From: Chiloscyllium plagiosum
Lineage: Eukaryota
Assembly: GCF_004010195.1 (NCBI RefSeq)
Contig: NC_057753.1
Span: forward strand, 6,075,520-6,139,519
Direction of reading: 5' to 3'
DNA: 64,000 bases
This document shows positions 23,700-34,165 of this stretch, in pieces (within the stretch, counting starts at the first letter, position 1; each line of letters starts with the position of its first letter). Under the pieces are notes generated by a model that saw only the letters and a list, made by a program, of their open reading frames with translations, did not search any database and was not told the DNA's origin. The position numbers were made by a program, and so were the translations under genes.

Positions 23700-25065
23700 T
23701 TGCAATAGGAAAGGTGCTGTTAAAATTGACAGGCTTCAGAAAATATTTATAAGCATGTTGGTAGGTTTGAGCTGAAAGAGGCTGAATCGGCTATGGCTAT
23801 TTACCCTGGAGCGTCAGAGGCTGAGTGGTGATCTTATAGAGATTTATACAATCATCTATTTTCCCTGAACTGTCAGAGTCGAAGAGGTGACCTTACGTAG
23901 GTTTACAAATCACAAGGGGCATGGATAGGGTAAACAGACAAGGTCTTTTCCCTGGAGTGGGGGAGTCCAGACTACAGGGCATCGGTTTAAGGTGAGAGGG
24001 GAAAGATTTAAAAGGGACATAGGGGGCAACTGTTTCATGCAGAGGTGGTGCATTGGAGGATCTGAAACCTGAGTCGAGGCTGAGGTAACTAGTTGTTGTC
24101 AGGGACAACCACTTTACAGGTGCTCTTAATAACGTAGGCAGCAACAAGATGGCTTCTCAATGCAAATAACATGACAAAACAGCTTCTATTCTTTTTTTTC
24201 TGTACACTACCACCTAAGTGCCAAAACAGCTTCTAGGCTGCAAATTGACAATTCTGCTAAAGCTGCATAAAATGGCTGTTAACGAGTTTTGTGAAGATTT
24301 GTAGCTCAGGTTATTTGCAGCTTAAAAATGGCTTTTAAGTTACTAACTGCTAATTCTGCTATTGCTGCATAAGTGATTAACCACAATCTGCTTCAATAGA
24401 GATTAGAAGACAATGCTGCCTTTAAAGCATAGAAATAATTAGACGAGACAAGACATTACTGGCCATCCTAACTGACCTTCAGTTGCAGGTGCAATGGCTT
24501 GGTTAGTGAGTTCAGGATAGCCTGAGTGGTGGAAAATGAAGTTGGTTTCCAGGAAATATCATTGGACCACATAACTATCAAATAAGGCAGTATCGTGTAT
24601 TAATTAGTAATTGTTTGAATGTACTATGAGGTTGCCTGTACCCTTCTTTAAAAAGGGAATAAGAATGTGTGTTTTAAGCCATGTGCGCAGCTCCACCAAG
24701 GAACAAGGAAGTACGCAACCTCTATTTCTGGATGCACTGTGCCCGGCCATATGAAAAGTAAAGAGTAAAGTTTTAACAGTCAGACGATTGGGAGTGTTTA
24801 TTCACTGATTGCAGAACAGAGATTCCCCACCGGGGGGATCCAGATCTTCACATGGAATGAACTGCCAGAGAAAGTGGTGGAGGGTAGTACAATGACAACA
24901 TCTAAAAGCCATTTAGATGGATGAATATGAACAGGAAGGGTTGAGGGAGAGATGGGCCAAATGCTGGAAAATGGGTCTAGGTTAATTTGGGATATCTGAT
25001 CAGCATAAATGAGTTGGACCAAAAGGGCTTGTTTCCGTGCTGTCCATTTCTATGAATCTATGAGT
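23700..25065 (+). mobile_element. CR1 3' fragment split by an insertion at ~24054-24850
   Basis: CR1 tail ...gcagaggtggtgcat resumes as catggaatgaactgccagag at 24851. Confidence 0.8.
24054..24850 (+). mobile_element. Probable solo LTR (~0.8 kb)
   Basis: Termini TGGAGGATCTG...CAGATCTTCA (TG...CA, imperfect inverted repeat), cat(t/g) on both flanks, AGTAAA near the 3' end; cleanly interrupts a CR1. Confidence 0.6.
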
Positions 25066-25392
25066 GTTAGAAGCCAACATCAAATGTCACTATAATCTTG
25101 CCTTTGCTGTATAGTAGATAAAGAAAACTTAGGAAATAGGATGCAGTATAGTAAAGATGCCAAGTTACAGAGATCATGACAACATGATCAAGCGTAGGAG
25201 TAGGCAATTCAGCTCCTTGAGCATGTTCAGTTGTTTGATAAACTCATGGCTGATCTCACCTTGATCTCAACTCTAATTTCCTGCCCACTCCCATAATCTT
25301 TCAACTCATTCTCATTAAAACTCAGTTCTCTCTCTTCCTTATGTTTACTCAATGTCCTAGCATCCACCAGATCTTGGGGTAGTAATTACTCA

Positions 25393-25698
25393 TGGGTGGC
25401 ATGGCGGTTTGCACTGCTGCCTTACAGCGCCAGGGATCCGGGTTCAATTCCCACCTCGGGCAACTGTCTGTGTGGAGTTTGCACATTTTCCATGTGTCTG
25501 CGTGGGTTTCCACCAGGTGCTCCGGTTTCCTCCCACAGTCCAAAGATGTGCAGGTTAGAGTGAATTGGCCATGCTAAAATGTCCATAGTGTTGGGTGTAG
25601 GGGAATGGATCTGGTTGAGGGTTACTCTTCGGAGGGTCAGTGTGGACTTGTTGGGCCGAAAGGGCCTGTTTCCACACTGTAGGGAATCTAATCTAATC
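25393..25698 (+). mobile_element. HE1-type tRNA-derived V-SINE
   Basis: B box ggttcaattcc, V-domain gtgtggagtttgcacatt...ggtttcctcccacagtccaaagatgtgcagg, CR1-like tail ending (TAATC)n. Confidence 0.88.
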
Positions 25699-25800
25699 AT
25701 CTATTTTAAATCTGTTAGCCCTTATCCTAAAATTATGACCAAATGATCCAGTTGCCTCCTTTCTCGATCCCTGATCAACTTTGTCAATCTCATTATTCCC

Positions 25801-25947
25801 CAGAGCTGAAAATGTGTTGCTGGAAAAGCGCAGCANNNNNNNNNNNNNNNNNNNNNNNNNNNNNNNNNNNNNNNNNNNNNNNNNNNTTCCAACAACACAT
25901 TTTCAGCTCTGATCTCCAGCATCTGCAGTCCTCACTTTCTCCTAGAA
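25801..25947. mobile_element. Fold-back Penelope-derived element with an assembly gap (25836-25886) at the hairpin centre
   Basis: Inverted arms cagagctgaaaatgtgttg / caacacattttcagctctg; 14-bp duplication cattattccccaga. Confidence 0.82.
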
Positions 25948-25998
25948 CATTATTCCCCAGACCCAACTAGAAAGCAGCGAACATTTGAAAATACTCAC

Positions 25999-26044
25999 CA
26001 CTGGAACAAGTTCACCATCCATTTTTAACATCTCATACTGGAGT
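25999..26044 (-). other. Candidate 46-nt upstream exon of the ZNF gene
   Basis: Minus-strand acceptor ATCTTTTCTGCCACAG| and donor GTG|GTGAGT. Confidence 0.4.
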
Positions 26045-26339
26045 CTGTGGCAGAAAAGATATCAGAAACAAGAGTCAGCAAAAACACACACACACACAGC
26101 AGAGGAAATATTTAGGATGCAGAAAATGTCATAGCTCCTTCATTGAACATACTGTAAAGAACGTCTACGAAATCCATCAACATCAGTCAGGGATAAATAT
26201 TCAGAAGAGAATAGCATTTCTCCTGATTTGAGTTCACTGTGTATAAATCCTCCCTCTCTAACCCTGCATCCTTCTCAGTTCAGCATACAGATTTATAGTG
26301 TTCCCTGCTTGTGTCCCAGGATGACCAGGGTGATCGCGG

Positions 26340-26550
26340 AGTTTTTGATAGTGAGGTTGGGGTTGCAACGGAGTGAGTGGAGGGCTGCGCGTTCCGAGGG
26401 TGAGAGGTTGGAGTGGGTGAGAGGGGTGGGGGAGTTCAGGTGGCGGTTAATATCGCGGCGGCAGTTGGCTATGCAGAGGTCGAGGGCAGGTAGGAGGCCA
26501 GCACGGGGTGTCCAGGTGGATGGGGTGTGTTGGAGGCGGGAGAAGGCGTT
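26340..26550 (-). mobile_element. Penelope-like element, N-terminal ORF fragment
   Basis: TPSTWTPRAGLLPALDLCIANCRRDI...SNLSPSERAALHSLRCNPNLTIK resembles the pre-RT SNLS..E..AL..L.....I.IKPADKG segment of Penelope elements. Confidence 0.7.
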
Positions 26551-26834
26551 TTTTTTGATAATGACCACACAACATTCCCTGCTGTGACTGCCACTCCTTG
26601 TGGTCGACAGTCCCTCGATTTGGGGATGAAGTCTACTCAGGGTCAGGATTCGCTGTCCTGAGTCTTCATGTGGCTGAAGAGAGCTGCAGATCTTTGATCA
26701 ATGGCGGGGGTCGTCCCCATGGGTAGCCACGTTCAGAGATCAGGATTCGTTTCCTTCCCTCTCCTCCTGTCTCATCAAGGAGCCCTTGGGGGGTGAAAGG
26801 TTAATCCAGCTTGATGGACAGGTCGTCACCATGC

Positions 26835-27785
26835 TGGAGGGCGGGGCAGCAAGCTCCACCCACTCATTGCAAAGACGGCCCCCTACAAAGATGGCGGCCG
26901 CACACCCGCGCGATGCCCCCTACAAAGATGGCGGCCGTCACCCTCGGGGGGGGCCCTCTGCCTCCGCGGGCAAGCCGCCGGTGTCCGGTTCGCCCCACAA
27001 ACGGTGCCGCTTTCCGCGCTGCGTCCCTCACTCAAGGCGTCCGCGGAACCTTTCGTTCGTTTCGCCCGATCCGTCGCCCCGTACCTGTCGCTCCATTTTG
27101 TAACATTCGCCGAGCGGAACGGGAACGGGATGAGGAGACGGGGGGGGAGGAGTGAGAAACAAACTGACCGCCACCGCCGCCGCCGTCGTCTTCGCTCGCA
27201 CGTTCCGCGCGCATGCTCCCTTCACAGCGCGGTGTGCGCCTGCGCACCAACGGTACTTTACGGCGGGAGCGGGGAAAATAAACCGAACCTCTCCGTCTCC
27301 GCGCATGCTCCAGTTACCGTGCGGCTGTGCGCCTGCGTATGCACGTACTTCCGGTGGAGCGGGAACTTTCGAGAAGGCTGGAAGAGGGGCACTGAGCTGT
27401 TTCTGTCGGCGGCGGCGGCGGCGGCGTTTGCCGGGGTTCAAACGGAGCAGGCCGGCCGAGGTCGTGCGTGCAGGTGGGAAGTCAGTTGCGCTGATGGCCG
27501 TCTGAGGCCAGCGGTCGGTGCTACAATACGAGGCGATGCGGAGGTCGAGGCTGCGTCGCTGGGGAAACACCGCACAGTGCAGCCGGTCAGGCAGCGCCCC
27601 GCCGCGGGACGTGGAGAGCCACCGTGCTGGCTGCTCAGGGGGAGGCTAAAAGGTGTGATAAAAGCAGCTGAGACAGCGAATGTGCTGCAGGAGAGCGCAC
27701 AGCCCGGGCTGGGGCTGGGGCCGGGGCTGGGTGTGGAGGCTGTGTCTCTGATCTCTACAAACAACCCGCCCCGCCCCTGTGGGTA
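26835..27785. promoter_or_regulatory. CpG island, probable bidirectional promoter
   Basis: Only CpG-dense region in the window. NRF1-like GCGCATGC (27209, 27301) and TGCGCCTGCG (27235, 27328), ETS ACTTCCGG (27347), YY1 AAGATGGCGGC twice, divergent CCG and CGG tracts, donors on both strands. Confidence 0.85.
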
Positions 27786-27819
27786 AAGTTCACTCAGAGC
27801 AGGGGGTGGGGGGTGGGTG

Positions 27820-28050
27820 GGGGAGAAGTTACCGTTTTGAGAGGTGAGCCACTTGCTGGTAGTGAGACATGAGCGATTACGCACTCTTCCTGATCTGTTA
27901 GGCCGAGAGTGTGGTAATTTGTGGGATAGATGGGCAGCAGTTTACTGTCCCCCCTGTGTAAGATCTGGTTGGAGTGCCAACTCAACTCCTGAGGAAGTTA
28001 CTGTTTTGAGAGATGCAGGATCTAGCCAGTGGCTGATAGTAAGGGATGAG
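27820..28050 (+). mobile_element. Gypsy aspartic protease relic (two partial copies)
   Basis: EEVTVLRDAGSSQWLIVRDE matches VKILRDTGSNQWLVVRNE at ~30376-30430. Confidence 0.7.
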
Positions 28051-28121
28051 TAAATACGCATGCAGGAGTTGTAAGTAGTTGTTACTTAATTATTCTCTGT
28101 ACTTTAAGAAGTAAAGTTGTT

Positions 28122-28703
28122 TAGGGTGTAGGTTTGCTCGCTGAGCTGTAGGTTTGATATCCAGACGTTTCATTACCTGGCGAGGTAACATCATCAGTGG
28201 TGACCTCCAAGTGAAGTGAAGCTGTTGTCTCCTGCTTTCTATTTATATCTTTCTCCTGGATGGGGTTTCTGGGTTTGTGGTGATGTAATTTCCTTTTTTT
28301 TCTGAGGGGTTGATAGATGGCATCTAGATCTATGTGTTTTGTTTATGGCGTTGTGGTTGGAGTGCCAGGCCTCTAGGAATTCTCTGGCATGTCTTTGCTT
28401 AGCCTGTCCCAGGATAAATGTGTTGTCCCAGTCAAATTGGTGTTTTTTTTTCATCCATGTGTAGGGCTATGAGAGAAAGAGGGTCGTGTCTTTTTGTGGC
28501 TAGCTGGTGTTCGTGTATCCTAGTGGCTAACATTTTCTTCTTGTTTGTCCTATGTAGTGTTTGTAGCAGTCCTTGCATAGAATTTTGTAGATGATGTTGG
28601 TTTTGTCCATGGGTTGTACTGGGTCTTTTAAGTTTTAGTTTTCAAACAAAAACTCAGCGAGCAAAGCTGTGCCCTAAACCTCAACCTGCGCTACAAACCT
28701 CGC
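28122..28703 (-). mobile_element. Penelope-like 3' fragment (second subfamily) with inverted terminal piece and intact hammerhead at 28161-28200
   Basis: HQFDWDNTFILGQAKQRHAREFLEAWHS. Hammerhead (minus): CCA-CTGATGA-T-GTTACCT(cgcc)AGGTAAT-GAAA-CG-TC-TGG. 12-bp duplication agtaaagttgtt. Confidence 0.88.
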
Positions 28704-30617
28704 AGTAAAGTTGTTAATTTGTACTTTTAAATAGTCTTTGGACTATTACAGATTACTATCACAGATTACTATATGGGATAAATCTTTTCCGTGTTGCTGG
28801 TTTAAATTAAGCAGGTAGTTTTAGCCCATGTTGTTACAGTTTAGTGGGCTCTGCCCTGCGTTTCAACTGGTTTAGACTGATTTGAATACATTTGTGGGTA
28901 ATAAAAATCTCAGCAGATTTAAACCCTTGTAGCCTGGTGTCCTAGATCTTTAAGTAAAATGTAGGTGAGGCGATATGTTTAATTTCTGTTACTTGTGGTT
29001 GATTTTAAATTGAAAGTGAGAGAAGTGGATCTAAATATTGCGTTGAGGTTCTGGGATTTGAAGGCGATTCTCAAATTTTCTGAGAAACTGTAGAAGGAAA
29101 GAAAAAGGCCATACTTTTAGAATTAGAAAATACATTAGATTAGGGTTTAACCAAGGGCAAAAGTAAAGCTGAAATTGTAAAGGAGTTACTTAAACACTTA
29201 GACGTGTCAGAGAAACAGACTAGTGCAGTAGAAGTAGAAAAACGTAGATTGCAATTGAGAAAAATTGAGTTAGAAGATAAACAAAGGGAGAGAAAAATAG
29301 AAAGAAAGACAGAAGCAATAGAAGGAGAAGGTTCTTAGCTGAGCAAAAAGACAGAAATTGAACTGTAAGTCGAGACTTAGTCAGTTAATAGGATGGAGAT
29401 TAAAAACGAAGGTAGTGATATATACCATTATGTCAAAACACTCTCTTATTTTGAGAAAGATGTTGAAGCCTTTATTTAATTTTTAAAAATTGGCTAGGCA
29501 AATGGAGTTGTCTGAGGATTTACGGGTAGTGCTAGTTCAGATTAAACTGGTAGGCAGAACTAGTGAGGTATTTGTCACATTGTTAAATAAGGTGACAAGA
29601 TTATTAAAAGGTTAAACAGGCTATTTTAATTGCTTTTCAATCTGTAAAAGAAGCTTATACACAGTGGTTCAGAAACACAAAGGAGGAACCAGGTCAGACT
29701 TATGTTGAGTTTGAAAGAATTTTGATAAATGGGGTGTATTTTCTGAAAATGGATAGGATCTTTGAGGCACTACAATAAATTTTTCTGCTGAAGGAGTTTA
29801 AAGCCTCACTCCCAGAGATAAGAATTCACGTGGAGGAACAGAAGTTTCAAAAAGTGGGAAGGGCAGTAGAATTGGCAGATGAATGCATGTTGGTGCATAA
29901 GCCAAGCTTCCAACCAGACTTTTGTCCTGTGAGGGAGAGAAGTTGGATGAAGGGGAGCTCCTACACCACAAGACTGAGTAGAGAGCGCTGGTAAGGGGTT
30001 ACCACTGGTTAAAGAAGGTGGACAAGAGGTGAAAGACCTCGGGTGTTTTTGCTGTAATGGAGTGAAATATGAACTGTTACAGTACCAGTGGTTTCAGAAG
30101 GGGGACAAGGAAAAGGTGTTTTCACTGCCAGAAAGTGGGATATGTAAAATCACAGTGCTAGTTATTAAAGAAAGGCACTGTGGGAAAAGATGTGGTGAAT
30201 GAAACTAAGCCAGTGGCATTAGTGAAGGTAGTAAAGGAGACACCAGCAAGAGCCAAAGAGCTGCAGGAGAGTCTACAGCCTAGGCAGGGGCTGGGTATGG
30301 AGTTAGTACCTGATCTCTATGAAGAATTCGCCTCTGTGGGTCAAGTTTATTCAGAACGGGAGAGGAGAAGGGGTAAGTTAAAATTCTGAGAGATACAGGC
30401 TCTAACCAGTGGCTGGTAGTAAGGAATGAGTGAATATGTACTCTTTCTGATCTGATCCCTGAGAATATGACAATTTATGAGATAGATGGACAGAAATTTA
30501 GCAACCCCCTACTTAAGATCAGGTTGAAGTGCCAACTCAAGACAGGGAAAGTTAGTGGGACTGATCAACTGTGTCAGTTCCAGGAATTCAGTTTGTTCTT
30601 GGGAATTATTTAGCAGG

Positions 30618-30791
30618 AGTTGAAAAATATGGTGCTGGAAAAACACAGCAGGCCAGGCAGCATCCCTACTTCAGGCTTATGCCCGAAACGTCTGTTCTCC
30701 TGCTCCTCGGATGCTGCCGGCTTGCTATGTTTTTCCAGCACCACATTTTTCAACTTTGGTACTCCAGCATCTGCAGTCCTCACTTTCTCCT
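30618..30791. mobile_element. Fold-back Penelope-derived element nested in the Gypsy relic
   Basis: Inverted arms agttgaaaaat..ggtgctggaaaaac / gtttttccagcacc..atttttcaact; 15-bp duplication aattattt(a/g)gcagga. Confidence 0.8.
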
Positions 30792-31147
30792 AATTATTTG
30801 GCAGGATAAGGTGGAATGACTTGTGGAGAAGCCCAAGGAAGACCGAGATGGGGAGAAGGATAGGAAGTTATAATTTTAAGAAGTACAGAATCTATTTGCT
30901 GTGCTGTCAGATAAAGTGTCAAGAGATCATAAAGAGGTCAAACAGGTTATTTTAAGTGCTTGTGAATTGACACCAGAAGCATTTAGACAGTGGTTTAAAA
31001 ACACAGAGAAGGAACCAGGTCAGACTTGAGCTTTAAAGAATTAAACATAATCATCTTGATCGATGGGTGCGTACTTTGAAAATAGATAGGACCTTTGAGA
31101 CTCTCGGAGAGATTATTTTGCTGGAGGAGTTTAAAAACGCACTTTCA

Positions 31148-31480
31148 GAGGTGGTAAGTGTATGGAATGAGCTGCCAGAGGAAGTCGTGGAGGCTCGTAA
31201 AGTTGCAACATTTAAGAGGCATTTGGATGCGTATATGAATAGAAGGGTTTGGGGAGATATGGACCAGGTGCTGGCAGGTGGGACTAGAATGCCCGAAACG
31301 TCGATTCTCCTGTTCCCTAGATGCTGCCTGACCTGCGCTTTTCCAGCAACACATATGAATAGAAGGGTTTGGGGAGATATGGACCAGGTGCTGGCAGGTG
31401 GGACTAGATTGGATTGGAATATCTGGTCGGCATGGACGAGTTGGACCGAAGGGTCTGTTTCCGTGCTGTACATCTCTCTG
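31148..31480 (+). mobile_element. CR1 3' tail nested in gag, itself carrying a 64-nt Penelope fragment
   Basis: VVSVWNELPEEVVEA...TFKRHLDAYM; insert at 31289-31352. Confidence 0.85.
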
Positions 31481-31837
31481 ACTGAGTTTACGTGGAGGAA
31501 CAGAAAATTCAGGAAGTGAGAAGGGCAGCAGAATTAGCAGATGGGTGCATAAGACAAGCTTCTGGTCAGAATTTTATCTTGTAAGGGATAGAAGTTGGAA
31601 GAAGGGGAGATCACTCATTACGAAATCAAGAGTAGAGGACACTTATAAGAATTTACGGCAGGTTTAAAAAGAAGCCCAAGAGATTGGAAAAGTGGTGAGG
31701 CCGTAGGGATTTCCATGTAGTAAAGTGGGACACGTAAAGCCACATTGCTGGTCAGTAAAGGCAAAGATGTGGTAAAAGAAACTAAGCCGGTGGCATTAGT
31801 GAAGGTAGTAAAGGAGACCTCCAGAATAGCTGTGGCC

Positions 31838-32240
31838 TCATTCCTGATGACTGGCTTTTGCCTGAAACGTCGATTTTCCTGCTGCTTGAATGCTGCCTGA
31901 GCTGCTGTGCTTTTCCTGCACCACTCTAATCTAGAATGTTAAAAATCACAACACGAGGTTATAGTCCATCAGGTTTATTTGGAAGCAATTGCTTTCGGAG
32001 CGCTGCTCCTTCATCAGGTAGTTGTGGAGCAGGGCCACGACACAGAATTTATAGCAAATGTTTCCTCCAGCATTTGTAGTGGTTTGAATCTGCCACTTCC
32101 GGTTGTCAGTTCCAGCTGCCCGCTGCAGTGGTCGGTATATTGGGTCCAGGTCGATGTGCTTATTGATTGAATCTGTGGATGAGTGCCATGACTCTAGGAA
32201 TTCCCTGGCTGTTCTCTGTTTGGCTTGTCCTATAACACTA
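31838..32240. mobile_element. Cluster of three abutting Penelope fragments from different families
   Basis: Pseudo-LTR with CTGATGA...GAAACGTC at 31841-31875 (+); GGAGC/GCTCC-type pseudo-LTR at ~31937-32030 (-); GIY-YIG end at ~32060-32235 (-). Confidence 0.75.
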
Positions 32241-32461
32241 CTATTATAAGTGTGTGTGGGGAGTGTAAGTGTGTGTGTATGAAAGAGATGGTCTGCGTTG
32301 AGAATGTGTATAAGGTATGAGCAGGTAAGGAAATAATTAACATTAGGGGTGTGTGAGACAAAGGCTCAGCTTGGATCAGCTTGAACTAAAAGTAAACTTT
32401 GAGGTGCTGGGGGCAACTGTAATGCTTTCACAAGGTGAAAAAGCATCCATTATGTAAACGC

Positions 32462-34165
32462 AAAAGTGAAGGCTGCAGGTGCTGGAGATTAGAGTCAAGA
32501 GCATGGTGCTGGAAAAGCACAGCAGGCCAGGTAGCATCCGAGAAGCAGGAATATCAACGTTTCAAGCAAAAGCCCTTCATCAGGAATGAGGCAGTGAGCC
32601 TCGGGTTGAGAGATTATTGGTGGTGGGGCTAAGGAGAAGGTAGCTGAGAGTCTGATAGGTGGATGGAGTTGGGGGTACTAGGGATAGGTCAGGGACGAGG
32701 ATGGAATAGCAGGGGCAGATGGGAAGGAAGATGGACGGGTCATGATGGTGCCGAGCTGGAAGGTATAAGGTGGGGAGGGGAAGTGAGGAAACTGGTGAAA
32801 TCCACATTGACGCCATATGGTTGGAGGGTCTCTAAGCAGAAGATGAGGCATTTTTCCTCCAGGTGTCTGATTATAAGGGTGTGGCACTGGAGGAGGCCCA
32901 GGTTTTTGGCCGAGTAGGAGAGGAAGTTGAAGTGTTCGGCTACAGAGCGGTGGGATTGGTTGGTGCAGGTGTCCCAGAGATGTTTTCTGAAGCAATTTGA
33001 GTAGGCGCTCTGTCTCCCCAATGTAGAAGAGATCGCATCAGGAGTAACGAATACGGTAAGTGATGCGTGGAAGTGAAGATGAGACATTGATGTGTGTGGA
33101 AGGATCCTTTGGGGTCTTGGACAGAGGTAAGGGGGGAGCAATGGGTGCAGGTCTTGCATTTCCTGTGGTGGCAGGGGAAGGTTTGGGAGGGGAGAGTGTG
33201 GGAGCAGAAATTGTAGTCTTTAAAAAGGAGGCCATCTTGTGTGTTCTGTAGTGAAACTGGTCCTCCTAGGAGCAGATGTAGCGGAGGCGGAGGAATTGGA
33301 AATAAGGAATAGCAGTTTTTTTACAGGAGGCAGGGTCGGAGGAGGTGTCATCCAGGTAGCTTTGAGAGTGGGTGGGTTTGTAGAAAATGCCGGTGAGTTG
33401 GACACAGTTGATGGAGGTGGAGAGGTCCAGGAATGGGATGACGGTGTCTGAGAAGGTCCAGGTGAATTTAAGGTCGACGTAGAATATGTTAGTGAAGTTG
33501 ATGAACTGAACTTTTCAACGTCCTCTGGAGCATGAGGTGGCACTGATACAGTGTTCAGTGTAGCAGAGGAAAAGGTAGGGAGTGATGCAGATGTAACTCC
33601 GGAAGATGGACTGTTCTACGTAGGCAACAAAGAGGCAGGCATAGCTGGGACCCAAGTGAGTGTCCACGGCTACCCCTTTCATCTGGAGGTAGTGGGAGGA
33701 TTTAAAGGAGAAATTAAGAGTGAGGACCAGTTCAGCGAAATGAATTAGTGTTAATGGAAGGGTCCTGGTCAGGAAGGCGGGAGAGGAAGAAACTGAGGAC
33801 TTGGAGGCTTTGATCATGGCAGATGGAGGTGTATGTGGACTGGATGTCCATGGGAAGATGAGGTGTTAGGGGCCATGGAATCTGAAGTCTTGAAGGAGGT
33901 GGGTGGTGTGCCGAATATTTATGGAGAGTGTGGGCGGGGTGGGGGGTGATGTTTAGGACAGTATTGAGGTATATAGAGATGAATTCAGTGGTGCAAGAGC
34001 AAGCTGAGACGATGGGTCAGCCGCGGTAGTCAGGCTTGGGGATCCTGGGTAGGAGGTAGAACCAGGTGGTGTGGGATTCTGAACTGAGGTTAGAAATTGT
34101 GGGTGGGAGAATATCTGAGGTGATGAGGTTGTATATCGTCTGGGAGATGGAGGTTTGGTCTGATG
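32462..34165 (-). mobile_element. Penelope-like element, long decayed copy (RT + GIY-YIG + pseudo-LTR)
   Basis: YLQMKGVAVDTHLGPSYACLFVAYVEQSIF (RT), YIGET and SVAEHFN (endonuclease). Hammerhead at ~32553-32587 reads CTGATGA-A-GGGC(tttt)GCTT-GAAA-CG-TT. Confidence 0.88.

Larger units (their letters stand above)
28705..31830 (+). mobile_element. Gmr1-type Gypsy relic: 5' LTR end (~28838), PBS-like site, gag with SCAN-like capsid and CCHC knuckle, protease, then a second partial gag copy
   Basis: tgttaca followed by tgggctc. Gag remnants VKQAIL...EAYTQWFRNTKEEPGQTYVEF and TFETLGEIILLEEFKNAL; knuckle CFHCQKVGYVKSQC (~30117-30158); LRDTG. Many stops and frameshifts. Confidence 0.8.

Noticed and set aside
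26786..27884. Long overlapping ORFs (up to 260 aa) in the GC-rich region
   Set aside because: Stop-codon scarcity in a CpG island explains them; Arg/Ala/Pro-rich with no recognisable domain.
28705..31830. Domesticated SCAN or gag gene
   Set aside because: Many stops, frameshifts and nested insertions; opposite strand to the ZNF.
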